From a virus (lineage: Duplodnaviria; Heunggongvirae; Uroviricota; Caudoviricetes): 64,000 nucleotides of DNA. The stretch is taken from the IMG/VR virus record IMGVR_UViG_2778261510_000005; one strand, 5' to 3'. The notes below the pieces were generated by a model that saw only the letters and a list, made by a program, of their open reading frames with translations, did not search any database and was not told where the DNA came from. Shown here piece after piece: positions 52,432 through 63,052 of this stretch (within the stretch, counting starts at the first letter, position 1; each line of letters starts with the position of its first letter). The position numbers and the translations under genes were made by a program.

Positions 52432-52649
52432 AAAACCTCCTGAACGTCGGCAGAGAAGGGGAGGTTCCAGTAACTAAGTGAATTGCGCGAGTTAGTTGAA
52501 AAACGGGCAGTAAAAATGCAGGGGCCATCAGGCAATTGAGAGCGTGCTTCGTCTTCAGTTGCTGCGATAACGAAGTGATAGTGGTGTTTTTTACAGGAAT
52601 AGAAACGCCAGATGAATTCTTGGCGTGCGCAAGGATTGGCATTAACCAT
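52428..52649 (-). CDS. icd: Icd (interference with cell division), small protein co-translated with ant
   Basis: 73 aa, MVNANPCARQEFIWRFYSCKKHHYHFVIAATEDEARSQLPDGPCIFTARFS; position and size as in P1 immI. Confidence 0.75.
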   Translation of the reverse strand: MVNANPCARQEFIWRFYSCKKHHYHFVIAATEDEARSQLPDGPCIFTARFSTNSRNSLSYWNLPFSADVQEVL

Positions 52650-52689
52650 AGTTACGGCCTCACAATCAGGTTTAACAACCTGCTACCCG

Positions 52690-52900
52690 CTGTCAAACAG
52701 GTGGCAGGACGTGACAGGGTTGACAGACTGGCGATTGTGAAACCAGCAGGCCGAAGCCTCCCCATCACGCCCCACCATAATTTGGGCGTAACGCGGTTTT
52801 ACGGACACAAAAATACCGCAATATCGGAAATCTGCGGTTGTCCGCACAATCATTCAGGCTGTCAAACCTGGTCGCAGAATTTGCTACGACGGCGGGAACT
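52690..52900 (-). ncRNA. c4: c4 antisense repressor RNA region (immI leader)
   Basis: Leader between a C1 operator (52965-52981) and icd holds short mutually complementary elements (CTGTCAAAC at 52690 and 52868; GTTGACAG at 52719) consistent with c4-type pairing; exact ends not determinable by eye. Confidence 0.4.
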
Positions 52901-52964
52901 ATAAGCCTGAACGATTAAAAGGTCAATATGATGCGAAAAGATAGCATTCGCCACTTAAAAATAC

Positions 52965-52981
52965 AAATTTATTAGAGCAGA
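52965..52981 (-). promoter_or_regulatory. C1 operator at the c4/icd/ant promoter (Op51-like)
   Basis: AAATTTATTAGAGCAGA, 15/17 match. Confidence 0.7.
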
Positions 52982-53262
52982 TGAGTGTCGTGCAATAGAT
53001 ATATTATTTGTGATGAAAAATAATGCAGAGGGATATTGTAACTTTAAGATGGATATCAATAGTCGATACATAAATTAAGTTAGCAATAAACTATTAACTT
53101 AAGAAATAATGCAGATGGTGAACTTGTCTCTGACTTTTCAGCTATACACAATAAGTTAGGGATAGCTTATAAAAAGTTGATTAATTGATATAAGTCAATG
53201 GGAGTATTCTTGTTTACTTTCCGTTCTCGTGGTAACTTCTCGCCGGTTTTTGTTTTTCTGGA

Positions 53263-53784
53263 ATGATTCTTATGTCTAAAAAGTATACTTTATGCGCTCT
53301 TGTTGTATCTGCAATTCTTCTTTCTGGGTGTCAATCTAGCGGTGCTGATTATGCTGCCGATGTTTATGATACCGCTCAATTGAATTCGAAGCAGGAAACA
53401 AAGACAGTCAATATTATCTCTGTGCTTCCAGCTAAAGTGAAAGTTGATAATAAAGCTAATAAAGAAGCGGCACAGACATTTGGTGCGGTACTGGGAGCTG
53501 TTGCTGGGGGCGTTGCCGGTTATAATGTTAAAGGCACATCGACACTGGGTGCTGTAGCTGGCGGTACTGGTGGTGCGGCTCTTGGTGCAGCGGCTGGTTC
53601 TTTGGTTAGTGATAAAACAATTGTTGAAGGTGTTTCACTGACTTATAAAGAAGGAACTAAGGTGTTCACTTCAACTCAAGTTGGTAAAGCATGCCAGTTT
53701 ACAACGGGGCTTGCTGTGCTTATTTCAACTAAAGATAATGAAACTCGAATTCAGCCAAATGCTACTTGTCCAGAAAAGAAATAA
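53263..53784 (+). CDS. Outer-membrane lipoprotein with glycine-zipper motifs (173 aa)
   Basis: Signal peptide plus lipobox (LLSGC); GAVLGAVAGGVAGY...GAVAGGTGGAALGAAAGS glycine-zipper region; AT-rich. Confidence 0.7.
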   Translation: MILMSKKYTLCALVVSAILLSGCQSSGADYAADVYDTAQLNSKQETKTVNIISVLPAKVKVDNKANKEAAQTFGAVLGAVAGGVAGYNVKGTSTLGAVAGGTGGAALGAAAGSLVSDKTIVEGVSLTYKEGTKVFTSTQVGKACQFTTGLAVLISTKDNETRIQPNATCPEKK

Positions 53785-53787
53785 TTT

Positions 53788-54327
53788 ATGAATAAAATTA
53801 TTTTATTTCTAATCTTTTCTACGTTTAGTGTAGGCACTGCCTTGGCTAACTCGTTGCAAAGTCAAATTGCTGCTATTGCTCAAGCGGAAAATGAAGGGCG
53901 AGCTAAAGAGCAGCAAGCTGAGGATGCCAGAAAAGAACTTATTCGCCAACAAGCACAAGCTGAACGTATTAGAAGAGAAAAAGCAGCATCTGCCGCTGCT
54001 GCACGCGAAAAACAGCGTGTTGCTGCAGAAAATGAACGTAGAGCGAAACGAGAAGCCGAGCTAGCAAATGACAAGAAGCGAGATCAAGCTTATGAGGATG
54101 AGCTTCGCAAGCTGCAACTCGAAAGCATGAAACTCGAACTGCAAGCAAAAGCGGCTCGTGTCCAGCGAGAAAACGATTTTATAGAGCAGGAGTTGAAGGA
54201 GAGAGCAGCTAAGACAGATGTAATTCAGTCTGAGGCTGATGCAAATAGAAATATTTCTACAGGAAGTAAAGATTTACTGCAAAGCGAAGGAAAAGCTAGA
54301 GAGAAGAAAGCTAGCAGTTGGTGGTAG
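53788..54327 (+). CDS. Secreted coiled-coil protein (179 aa)
   Basis: Cleavable signal peptide (MNKIILFLIFSTFSVGTALA) followed by a highly charged Ala/Glu/Arg/Lys-rich coiled coil. Confidence 0.7.
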   Translation: MNKIILFLIFSTFSVGTALANSLQSQIAAIAQAENEGRAKEQQAEDARKELIRQQAQAERIRREKAASAAAAREKQRVAAENERRAKREAELANDKKRDQAYEDELRKLQLESMKLELQAKAARVQRENDFIEQELKERAAKTDVIQSEADANRNISTGSKDLLQSEGKAREKKASSWW

Positions 54328-54366
54328 TAATCACTACGATTGCGAGCATACTGTCACAAATGACAA

Positions 54367-54974
<608 letters not shown>

Positions 54975-54984
54975 GGGGGCTGAT

Positions 54985-55596
54985 ATGGGGCTTAATGTTG
55001 CTTCAGTAAAGTCTTATGTATCTTCGGCATTAACGACGACATTATTTGGCTCCGGCGTTGGTGAGCGGGAAGTTGGTAAGCTGACGTCAATCATCATGAA
55101 CAAAATGCTGTTCGCGCAAGGATGGCAGTTCTCTGTCGAAGTTGATGGACTGGAGGGGGCAGACTTCTTTGCCAAAGATATTACCTACCACGATTACAGC
55201 ATCGAATATGAAACGATTAAAATCGGCGGAGGGAATATCCTTCAACCAACGGAGCGTTCGCCTGGGCAGATAACAATGATGGTCAGGGATACCGTTGATG
55301 GCCTCGTTTTGGACTGGTTTAAGACGGCAAAAAGTCGGGTGATCAATCCGGACGGTACCGGGAATATACCGTCTAAATATTTGCTCAATGTGCGTATTTA
55401 TCGGTTGCTGTCTTCCGGCTTAACCAAACTGGAAAATGAGATGACGGTATTCCCGGTCACTACCGGAGATGTCACCTATGCGCGGGATCAGGTTACGGAA
55501 TTTAAGTCATTCCCAATGACCTTCGCATTGCACAGCACGTTTAACCAATCCTCAAGTTCTTTGGCTTCCCTTCTGGGCTTTAGTTTTTCTCTTTGA
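54985..55596 (+). CDS. Hypothetical structural protein (203 aa)
   Basis: Tightly packed operon member. Confidence 0.6.
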   Translation: MGLNVASVKSYVSSALTTTLFGSGVGEREVGKLTSIIMNKMLFAQGWQFSVEVDGLEGADFFAKDITYHDYSIEYETIKIGGGNILQPTERSPGQITMMVRDTVDGLVLDWFKTAKSRVINPDGTGNIPSKYLLNVRIYRLLSSGLTKLENEMTVFPVTTGDVTYARDQVTEFKSFPMTFALHSTFNQSSSSLASLLGFSFSL

Positions 55597-55610
55597 ATTA
55601 AGGAGCAAGG

Positions 55611-56492
55611 ATGCTTTTACCCCTTTTCCCGCTACCATCGCGGCCAACTGAATTGATCCAGTTCCGTCAGCCAAATATTGCTGATGCGATGCGTTTCAAC
55701 TCGATAACACCGGAGGAACAAGAACAACAGACAACGGCGTATTTAAAAGCCTTGCTGGCTGAACCCGCGAAACATGATCCCCTGACATGGACGGCGCAGG
55801 ACCGGATTACCGCGTTATGGTGGATATTTACCGGCTCCCGTGAAACACCGGTCGAGACATTCACCTACACCTGTAAACATTGCGGTAAAGAGCATTATTA
55901 CGATTGCGATATGAATGCTCTGGCTGAAGATATCCAGGTCCTGGAAGTGGAACCTTTCATTGACGATATTGAGGTGTCTGTAGAGGGAGTGCCTTATCAA
56001 TGGCGTATCGTGCCGCTTGATGGTTGGGCAATGGAAATGCTGGAGATGCGCCGTGCAGCATTGCCACCTGAAGACGATGCGGAATTCAAAGAAGCGATCG
56101 TTGATTTGCGTTTTTGGGAATTCGCTTATCAGTGTGAGCTTTATAACGATGTTAGCGGTACTCGTGAAGATCAGGCTGAGCGTCGTTATGAAACGATTAA
56201 ACGGATGGCCATTGATACTGAATTTATGAAACTGGCGGCACACATCCGACTGGCTCATGAAAAGCTCGAACATGGTTTACCGTGCTACATCGATAAAGGT
56301 GAAATGCGTCTTCGTCTCCCGCCGCATAAATGCCCAAACCAAGATAAAAAGGAGTCCACAGAGGGTGCGTATACCCGTCTGTGGGTGCCCTTTCGGGCTA
56401 CCGACTTCATTCCACAGGTGGGGATTGAAAAGCTATCAGACCTTAGTGTCCAACCTGGTTTTGTATGGGGGTATACCGATTCAGGACGCTGA
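55611..56492 (+). CDS. Hypothetical structural protein (293 aa)
   Basis: Operon member immediately upstream of sit. Confidence 0.6.
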   Translation: MLLPLFPLPSRPTELIQFRQPNIADAMRFNSITPEEQEQQTTAYLKALLAEPAKHDPLTWTAQDRITALWWIFTGSRETPVETFTYTCKHCGKEHYYDCDMNALAEDIQVLEVEPFIDDIEVSVEGVPYQWRIVPLDGWAMEMLEMRRAALPPEDDAEFKEAIVDLRFWEFAYQCELYNDVSGTREDQAERRYETIKRMAIDTEFMKLAAHIRLAHEKLEHGLPCYIDKGEMRLRLPPHKCPNQDKKESTEGAYTRLWVPFRATDFIPQVGIEKLSDLSVQPGFVWGYTDSGR

Positions 56493-56573
56493 AAGGCTCA
56501 CTGAATCCTATGCGTTTTTCCTGTTGGAGAAGCTGGAAGAAAAACTTAAACCGAAACGGTAGGCGATAAGATC

Positions 56574-59500
56574 ATGGAAAGAAAAAACGCCAACATTGAC
56601 GATGTTATAAGGACAGTTGAAACCGCCAGCGCAAAAGAGCTGGAAGAGCTTGCAGGTATCCGGGAAGCTGTTGAAGATTTGAAAGGGGGACGCGTTGCTA
56701 CTGTTGATCCTGTCTCTCGCAGCGTGTCGGCATTAAATCGCACAATCGAAAATTCACGTCCTGACTTTGTGACCAAAGCGCCATCAGTAGACCCTATTGT
56801 TGACGCAATGAAACGGCTTAATTTAGGGGACGTTTCTCGTGTAGTTCAGGAAGATGTTGCTCAACAGGAACAGCGGGCCAAATCAACCACACCAAAGGGT
56901 AAAAAACGACGCAGGAAGGCTATACCAGAGGATGTAAAGGCACAACGGACCGAAGCAGCCGAACACGCTCGCGAAATGTTCGGTCAAAAAGGCGGTGCGC
57001 AAAAAAGCCAAAACCAACGCGATGCGCGTGGTCGTTTTATTGGAAAGTCAGGGAGTAAGGCCGCAGCGGAAGAAGCCCGTGCTGAACGAGCAGAAAAGGC
57101 CAGGCGAAAAGAGGATGATGAGCGTCTAAATGCTGAATCAGGTTTATTAAAAAAATTGTCAAAAGTAGCTGAAGGCATAGGTAACCCTTCAGAGACTCGT
57201 GCCGTCGATGCGTTAGGTTATGCCGTTGCTGGTCCATTGTGGGCAGCAGGGAAGGAGCTTGGCGGGATATCAAAAGAAGTTGGCGGATCGCTTAATGGTG
57301 CCAGAAAGTCTATTGCCGATGTGATTCGTGGCAATGACGATAACAGCCGTAGAAAAGGTTTTTTTAGGCGTAAATCGCAAAATAGTGTCGATGTCGTTCA
57401 GGTTAACACCCAAAAACGGACGGTTCAGGAACTTCAGGATCAGACCAGCGAAATTAAAGAGGGCAATGACAAGATTCTCAGCGCCCTTGATCAGATAGCC
57501 AAAAACACCGGGAAAAAGAAGGGCGGCTTGCTGTCCAAATTATTTAGCCTGTTAGGGAAGGGGGCCGGTGGTATTGCCTCCCTTATTTTTGGCCGTGGGG
57601 CACTAAAGAAAGTTGGCTCGATGGCACTCGGCGCTTTAGGTATTAAGGGGGTAGGGAAACTAGGGATTAAGGCGGTCGCAAAAGGCGCTTTACGTGCAAT
57701 TCCGCTAGTCGGCACGGTGGCTGGAGGTATCTATGATGCGGTAACCGGTTGGAATGATATAGAAGCGCAACGCCGAGCGTTTGGGCTTAAATCAGGACAA
57801 GATCCATCATTCCAGCAAAAAGCCGCTTATACGTTAGCTAATGTTCTTGATATGGGGGGACTGGTATCTGGTATTAGCAGCGCCATTGGTGAGGTTCTCA
57901 AATCACTTGGATTTGAGGATATCGGCAATATGTTGCAATCATTTTCGACGGAAAGTATTGCCCAGGCCATTGATAGCGGGGTTACCAACTTAGAAACATA
58001 TATTTCTAATCTTGGCGACACCATTTCTACCAAGTTCGATGATTATACAGCAAAGATTGGTGATGCTATTTCTGCATGGTTCAGTGACACCACAAAGAAT
58101 CTGAACGAAAAATTAGACGCCATCAAAAACTTCTTTACTGTCGATAACCTGAAACAGGTTTTCAGTGATGCAATTGATAGTGCAATTGATTTCATTAAGA
58201 ATCCTGGGAAATACATTAAAGAGGCTGGCAGTAATCTATGGAGTGCCGCAAAAGAGCTTTCAGGTGAGGTTGCAGATGCCGCTGTTCAGAGCACCCCTGT
58301 GGCCTGGGTTGCATCAAAGCTAGTCAACAAAGCGGATGCGAAAGAGGTTACACCTGAATTAAAAACACCAGCTAAAGAAAGTCAGGAGGACAATGCTCCT
58401 AAGACTGAATATACCCCTAAAAAGGCTAATATTGTCACTCGTGTTGTAAATGCATCCCTAGATACGGCGAAAGATAGCAATAAAACAGTTAAAGAAACTG
58501 CCAATCAGATTATCAATGCAAATGCCGTAGAAACGGGCAATCGCGCGTTGCAGAAAATTGATAATGCTATTGGTCAAAATAGCTCGTCATCATCCTCGCT
58601 TAATACCACTGGCACTAGGAATGACATTCAGAAAGCTGCGGATACCTACAATAATGGCAACTTGGATGTAAAAGTCGGAAGTCTTGGCGCTGAAGGTAAG
58701 GCAAATCTCGATAAGTTGGCTCCGTATTTTGCTGAACTAGAGAATAAATATGGCCTTCCTGAAGGTACTCTTTACGCGATCGCTGCAACTGAATCTGGTG
58801 GTGATCCTAACGCAAAATCTACGCTTACAAGATCACCAAATGGAAAGCTAAGTGGTGGCGCTCTCGGAATGTTCCAGTTTACGAGCGTTGCTCGTGAGGA
58901 AACTGGATTATCCCGGGAAGATTCTTTTAATCCGGAAAAATCGGCAGAAGCTGCGGCTCTTCTCATGAGCAAGTATCTGAAGCAAGCCAATGGAGACTTA
59001 AACGAGGCCATCACTGCATATAACGCTGGGTTTGGCACTATCAATAAGTGGAAAAAAGGCACAGGTGACTTATCGAAAGAAAACCGTGAGTACGCGATCA
59101 AGGTCAATACTCATCGTGCTCGCTATTTAGGTGGTGAAATCTATACACCTGGAGCAGGAGCACAGGGTGGGGCGCAATATGGAGTGAGGGGACCACTGCC
59201 TGATAACGCTGTTATCGATCAGTCTACTGGCTTGGCGTTTACCCCTGGTGATAGCCCGTTTGAGAAAGGCGGTCTGGTAGACAAAATCGGCAATGCTGTT
59301 GGCGTTAACGATCTGGTCAACAAATTCATGAATGGCCGGGGTATGCGTCGGGAAGTCGTTCAGGGAACGCTCGAAGAACGTGCACGAGGGAAGGGGACCG
59401 CAACAGCAGCTGGCAATGTGTATGTTGATACCCCGATGCCAGTTGAAGAGGCGCGTCCGGTGGCCAACAACTCAAGTTACTTTGACCAGCTCGGCGCACA

Positions 59501-59906
59501 AATGGGGATTGATGGACTATTCGATAAACTCCGCAACTCGCCGGGGATGCGGAAAAATAATGAGCCTGAACCAGCCTCCACGTCCCAGGTGACGACTGCC
59601 GCCAACGATTTGCAGCAACCAACCGGTCGTATGCAGATAGACGGACAGGTTATTAGTGACCTTGGCGGCTCCGGTGCCAAGCCGACAATGCAGTTGGCTG
59701 ATAATACCGTTTCACTTGATGGTGAAACGAAGCGGCTGTTTGCGCAGATGACCTCATTGCTTGCCAGGATTGAAGAGCACACCAAAGACTCGGCGAAAGG
59801 CCAGGGAACTGTCGTAAAGGTCAGCACGCCTCAGCCGGGCGTTATGCGCACGGTACCACTGTCAATTGATGATCCGTTGATGAATGACTACGCGAGAGTT
59901 GATTGA
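56574..59906 (+). CDS. sit: Sit, tape-measure-like structural injection transglycosylase
   Basis: 1110 aa with a soluble lytic transglycosylase domain (ESGGDPNAKS...GALGMFQF...AYNAG) in a long coiled-coil/Gly-rich protein. Confidence 0.88.
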   Translation: MERKNANIDDVIRTVETASAKELEELAGIREAVEDLKGGRVATVDPVSRSVSALNRTIENSRPDFVTKAPSVDPIVDAMKRLNLGDVSRVVQEDVAQQEQRAKSTTPKGKKRRRKAIPEDVKAQRTEAAEHAREMFGQKGGAQKSQNQRDARGRFIGKSGSKAAAEEARAERAEKARRKEDDERLNAESGLLKKLSKVAEGIGNPSETRAVDALGYAVAGPLWAAGKELGGISKEVGGSLNGARKSIADVIRGNDDNSRRKGFFRRKSQNSVDVVQVNTQKRTVQELQDQTSEIKEGNDKILSALDQIAKNTGKKKGGLLSKLFSLLGKGAGGIASLIFGRGALKKVGSMALGALGIKGVGKLGIKAVAKGALRAIPLVGTVAGGIYDAVTGWNDIEAQRRAFGLKSGQDPSFQQKAAYTLANVLDMGGLVSGISSAIGEVLKSLGFEDIGNMLQSFSTESIAQAIDSGVTNLETYISNLGDTISTKFDDYTAKIGDAISAWFSDTTKNLNEKLDAIKNFFTVDNLKQVFSDAIDSAIDFIKNPGKYIKEAGSNLWSAAKELSGEVADAAVQSTPVAWVASKLVNKADAKEVTPELKTPAKESQEDNAPKTEYTPKKANIVTRVVNASLDTAKDSNKTVKETANQIINANAVETGNRALQKIDNAIGQNSSSSSSLNTTGTRNDIQKAADTYNNGNLDVKVGSLGAEGKANLDKLAPYFAELENKYGLPEGTLYAIAATESGGDPNAKSTLTRSPNGKLSGGALGMFQFTSVAREETGLSREDSFNPEKSAEAAALLMSKYLKQANGDLNEAITAYNAGFGTINKWKKGTGDLSKENREYAIKVNTHRARYLGGEIYTPGAGAQGGAQYGVRGPLPDNAVIDQSTGLAFTPGDSPFEKGGLVDKIGNAVGVNDLVNKFMNGRGMRREVVQGTLEERARGKGTATAAGNVYVDTPMPVEEARPVANNSSYFDQLGAQMGIDGLFDKLRNSPGMRKNNEPEPASTSQVTTAANDLQQPTGRMQIDGQVISDLGGSGAKPTMQLADNTVSLDGETKRLFAQMTSLLARIEEHTKDSAKGQGTVVKVSTPQPGVMRTVPLSIDDPLMNDYARVD

Positions 59907-60262
59907 TGGCCAATAATAACGAAATTGATCCTTTGCTGACGCTGGAGTTATCCGGCGTAAAAACGTATGAGTCCCAGGAGGAGGCCTGGGGCGCTCGTTT
60001 ATATGAGTGGCTAAACACTTATCAGGGTGAGGTATACGGGGATCCGTCATGGGGCAATGTTTTACCGCAGTTTAAACACGAACCGACCAACTTGTCGCAT
60101 GTTCAAATTGCGGTTGAGGCAATGCTGTTGCAAAAACTGACGGTAGATTTACCTGACATACCGATTTCTGGCTTGTCAGTAGCCGAGGGAGATGCTTTTG
60201 ATAAGTTGAAAATATCCATTCGTATCAGGGATATAACTATCACACAGGACGTGGTGCTATGA
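59903..60262 (+). CDS. Putative baseplate wedge protein (gp25/W-like), 119 aa
   Basis: Size and position between sit and a large baseplate-like gene; overlapping stop/start. Confidence 0.5.
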   Translation: MMANNNEIDPLLTLELSGVKTYESQEEAWGARLYEWLNTYQGEVYGDPSWGNVLPQFKHEPTNLSHVQIAVEAMLLQKLTVDLPDIPISGLSVAEGDAFDKLKISIRIRDITITQDVVL

Positions 60263-61692
60263 GTAAAACAACACCGACTAAAGACAGTATTCGTGCAGAG
60301 TTTGAAGAGCTTGTCGAGAAAGATTCATTCTGGTCGAAGTTTGTCGGCTCTCAATTTGTCTCGATGCTGACATTGTTTATTACCCAGATTGTCTACAGGT
60401 GCTTTCAGTATGCCGATGCGGCGCTGGCTGAAGGCTTTATATCGACCGCGACGCGGCGTTCCTCTATCCTGGCAGCGGCAGAAACGAATAGTTACGTTGG
60501 TACCAAGCCAACACCGTCATCGGGGATGATTGAGATCACCGCCACAAGTGAAGATGCCCCAGCGGTAATCCCCAAAAACATGCCTTTAATATCTGACGAC
60601 CAGTACCCTTACATGACTATGGATGTATGCAGGTTGGTTGACGGCACCGGTACGGTAGAAGTGGCACAGTTGGAAATCCAGGAGGTGACATATACCGTTA
60701 CGGCAGCCAAAGAATTTCTGGAAGTCGTGTTATCAAAGGCTCTCACTGCTGTCTGCTATAAGCTGGAAGTATTCGTGACGACCGATGGTAAGACCACACA
60801 GTGGTCTTCCAGCACTATGTTCCGGTTAGCCGGTAGTAAAAGCCAGGTCTACGTTGAGTTTTATAAACCATCCGAGCAGTTGGGGGTTCGATTCGGTGAT
60901 GGGCTAATTGGGCAAATACCGCCAGAAGGCTCGACCATTACACTTAAGGTATGGTGCACCAACGGAGATATAACCTTGGTTGCTGGCCAAAATCTGACGC
61001 CTGTCGATTCTGCTGCTAATTTAGCTAATTTGATTTCAGTTAAGACAACGACACCCATAACCGCAGGTACCGATGCCGAAACAACGGAGATCACACGTAA
61101 TCGTGCACAATATTACCTTGCCTATGATGATCAGGTCGTATGGGGCGGGGACTATACGTATTTTCTGGTGCGTAACATCCCGGGACTGTCCTGGATAAAG
61201 GCATGGGGCGAAGGCCAGCAAGAGAAATTAGATGGTGCTTATAATGTTCGGAATATCAATAAGATATTTATTTCAGGATGGCATCCAAACAAAAGCCAGT
61301 CAGAGCTTGAAGAAATGATCCTGGCTGCCTTTAAGAAGGTGCCGAATGAGTTGAACAAGAAATTCTCGTATAAAGAGGTCAGAAAACTACCCTTTAAGAT
61401 CACCATCACCGGGCGGATATCGGCAAGCCTGACCATTGAGAACGTGACTGATGAGCTGAAGTCGGCACTGGAAACAAAATTTGGGCGCGACTCAACTTTC
61501 TTTGATCCGAACCGCGTCGGAAAGTACATCCTGATTAAGAAAAAAGACGTTTGGGCGTTTATCGAAACGCTGGGTTATTTCCGCGACTTTTATCTGGAAT
61601 TTGTCGAGTGGAATGAGTCCAACGGCTTTTACGATTTCGTTTATCTGGATACAGAAAGCTCCACCTTTAATATTTCGTATGAGGAGGAGTGA
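60259..61692 (+). CDS. Putative baseplate protein (J-like), 477 aa
   Basis: Large protein translationally coupled on both sides within the tail module. Confidence 0.55.
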   Translation: MSKTTPTKDSIRAEFEELVEKDSFWSKFVGSQFVSMLTLFITQIVYRCFQYADAALAEGFISTATRRSSILAAAETNSYVGTKPTPSSGMIEITATSEDAPAVIPKNMPLISDDQYPYMTMDVCRLVDGTGTVEVAQLEIQEVTYTVTAAKEFLEVVLSKALTAVCYKLEVFVTTDGKTTQWSSSTMFRLAGSKSQVYVEFYKPSEQLGVRFGDGLIGQIPPEGSTITLKVWCTNGDITLVAGQNLTPVDSAANLANLISVKTTTPITAGTDAETTEITRNRAQYYLAYDDQVVWGGDYTYFLVRNIPGLSWIKAWGEGQQEKLDGAYNVRNINKIFISGWHPNKSQSELEEMILAAFKKVPNELNKKFSYKEVRKLPFKITITGRISASLTIENVTDELKSALETKFGRDSTFFDPNRVGKYILIKKKDVWAFIETLGYFRDFYLEFVEWNESNGFYDFVYLDTESSTFNISYEEE

Positions 61693-62528
61693 TGCAGCGT
61701 TCCTGGTTTAATAACCGGCTTACATCAGCTAAGCAAAAGTCATTGCTCTATAAATCATTGGCTGATTTGGTTCAGTCAATGATGGACACCTTTGTTGACC
61801 CATGGTTGGAGCGAATTACCAACCGGAAGTCTATTTTCTCCATGAGCAAGGAGGATCTGGAGACCAGGACAAATGAACTTGGCCAGTTCTTTACTATCAG
61901 AACCTCGAACTCATCTTCCGTTCCGATGTTGTTACAACAGCGGCTTGATGAGATCCACTTTAAGGGAACTGAACGCCCTATAAACCAGACAATTTACCGC
62001 GAATTTAACGGTATTTCTGTTTTATGGGATCCGATATATGCACCGGTGGACCTTGAGCGTCATCCCTATGGCACGGTTCTAATACCAGAAAGCACACTGG
62101 AGACTACCGGCGGCACATTCGGCGAGATGTTTCTGACTTCCAGAGGGATGATCAGTATTCCCATAAACGACTTGGCCCGGACAATGGGGATTACTGGCAC
62201 GATAGATCAGTCCGCAATTACAGAAGAAATTCTCAGAAAGTTTAATCAGTTCGTAAAGCCTCTACTGCCACTGCATATAGTGTTTGATGGGCTTACGCTC
62301 TATTTGTCGGTTGTTGTAAATGAACAGGCCGACATGATCACTTTGAACGAGATTTCTGATACCGAAAAAGCGTACTGCTGGTTTGAAACTTCGGATACAA
62401 CTTCGCTTACTGGAGTTACGTCGATTAGCGCTCCGATCACTGCAACGCCGGGCGGCACTATTGTGAAAGCAACGCCTACGTTTGATCGCACCCGCGCAGA
62501 TGATTTGCTGCTGGATAGCGATGCCTGA
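61689..62528 (+). CDS. Putative tail/baseplate protein (279 aa)
   Basis: Operon context. Confidence 0.55.
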   Translation: MMQRSWFNNRLTSAKQKSLLYKSLADLVQSMMDTFVDPWLERITNRKSIFSMSKEDLETRTNELGQFFTIRTSNSSSVPMLLQQRLDEIHFKGTERPINQTIYREFNGISVLWDPIYAPVDLERHPYGTVLIPESTLETTGGTFGEMFLTSRGMISIPINDLARTMGITGTIDQSAITEEILRKFNQFVKPLLPLHIVFDGLTLYLSVVVNEQADMITLNEISDTEKAYCWFETSDTTSLTGVTSISAPITATPGGTIVKATPTFDRTRADDLLLDSDA

Positions 62529-62606
62529 CAATCACCCCGTCCGTAGGGCGGGGTGACAAGTTACTTCTCTTACAATGAGGCTTCACAACATTGATTAGGG
62601 AAAATC

Positions 62607-63041
62607 ATGTCTGACGTCTCAACAAACCTCTATAAGAGTCAGTTGTTGGACTATTACTATCAGCGGCGCGCTGAATCGTCCATTAACAAAGGCTCTCGAT
62701 TTTTAATCAGCAAGGCCGTTTTCGGTACCAGTTCGCTGGTTACCAAGAAAGGAGATGGCACTTATGAGATTGGAGAACTGCCAAAGGCTTTCGATCTGGC
62801 AGAACTGACCAGTCAATTTTGCACCATCAACCTCGTGCCAACCTACTCAGGTGGGATAATTACTGTCCGAATGGACCTTGATCAAAGCCAGTTGCAGGAA
62901 GGGAAAAACTACCCATTCAACACTCTGGTTGTTCTGGATAACGAGAACAAGCCAATCGCCATTATTTGTGTCCAGGAAGACTCGCTGTATGTGGGCAAAA
63001 CATATACCGCAGTTATGGCCATAAACACGACTACAGCATAA
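62607..63041 (+). CDS. Putative tail protein (144 aa) upstream of the tail fibre gene
   Basis: Position immediately before the tail fibre gene. Confidence 0.55.
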   Translation: MSDVSTNLYKSQLLDYYYQRRAESSINKGSRFLISKAVFGTSSLVTKKGDGTYEIGELPKAFDLAELTSQFCTINLVPTYSGGIITVRMDLDQSQLQEGKNYPFNTLVVLDNENKPIAIICVQEDSLYVGKTYTAVMAINTTTA

Positions 63042-63052
63042 GGATATGCTTG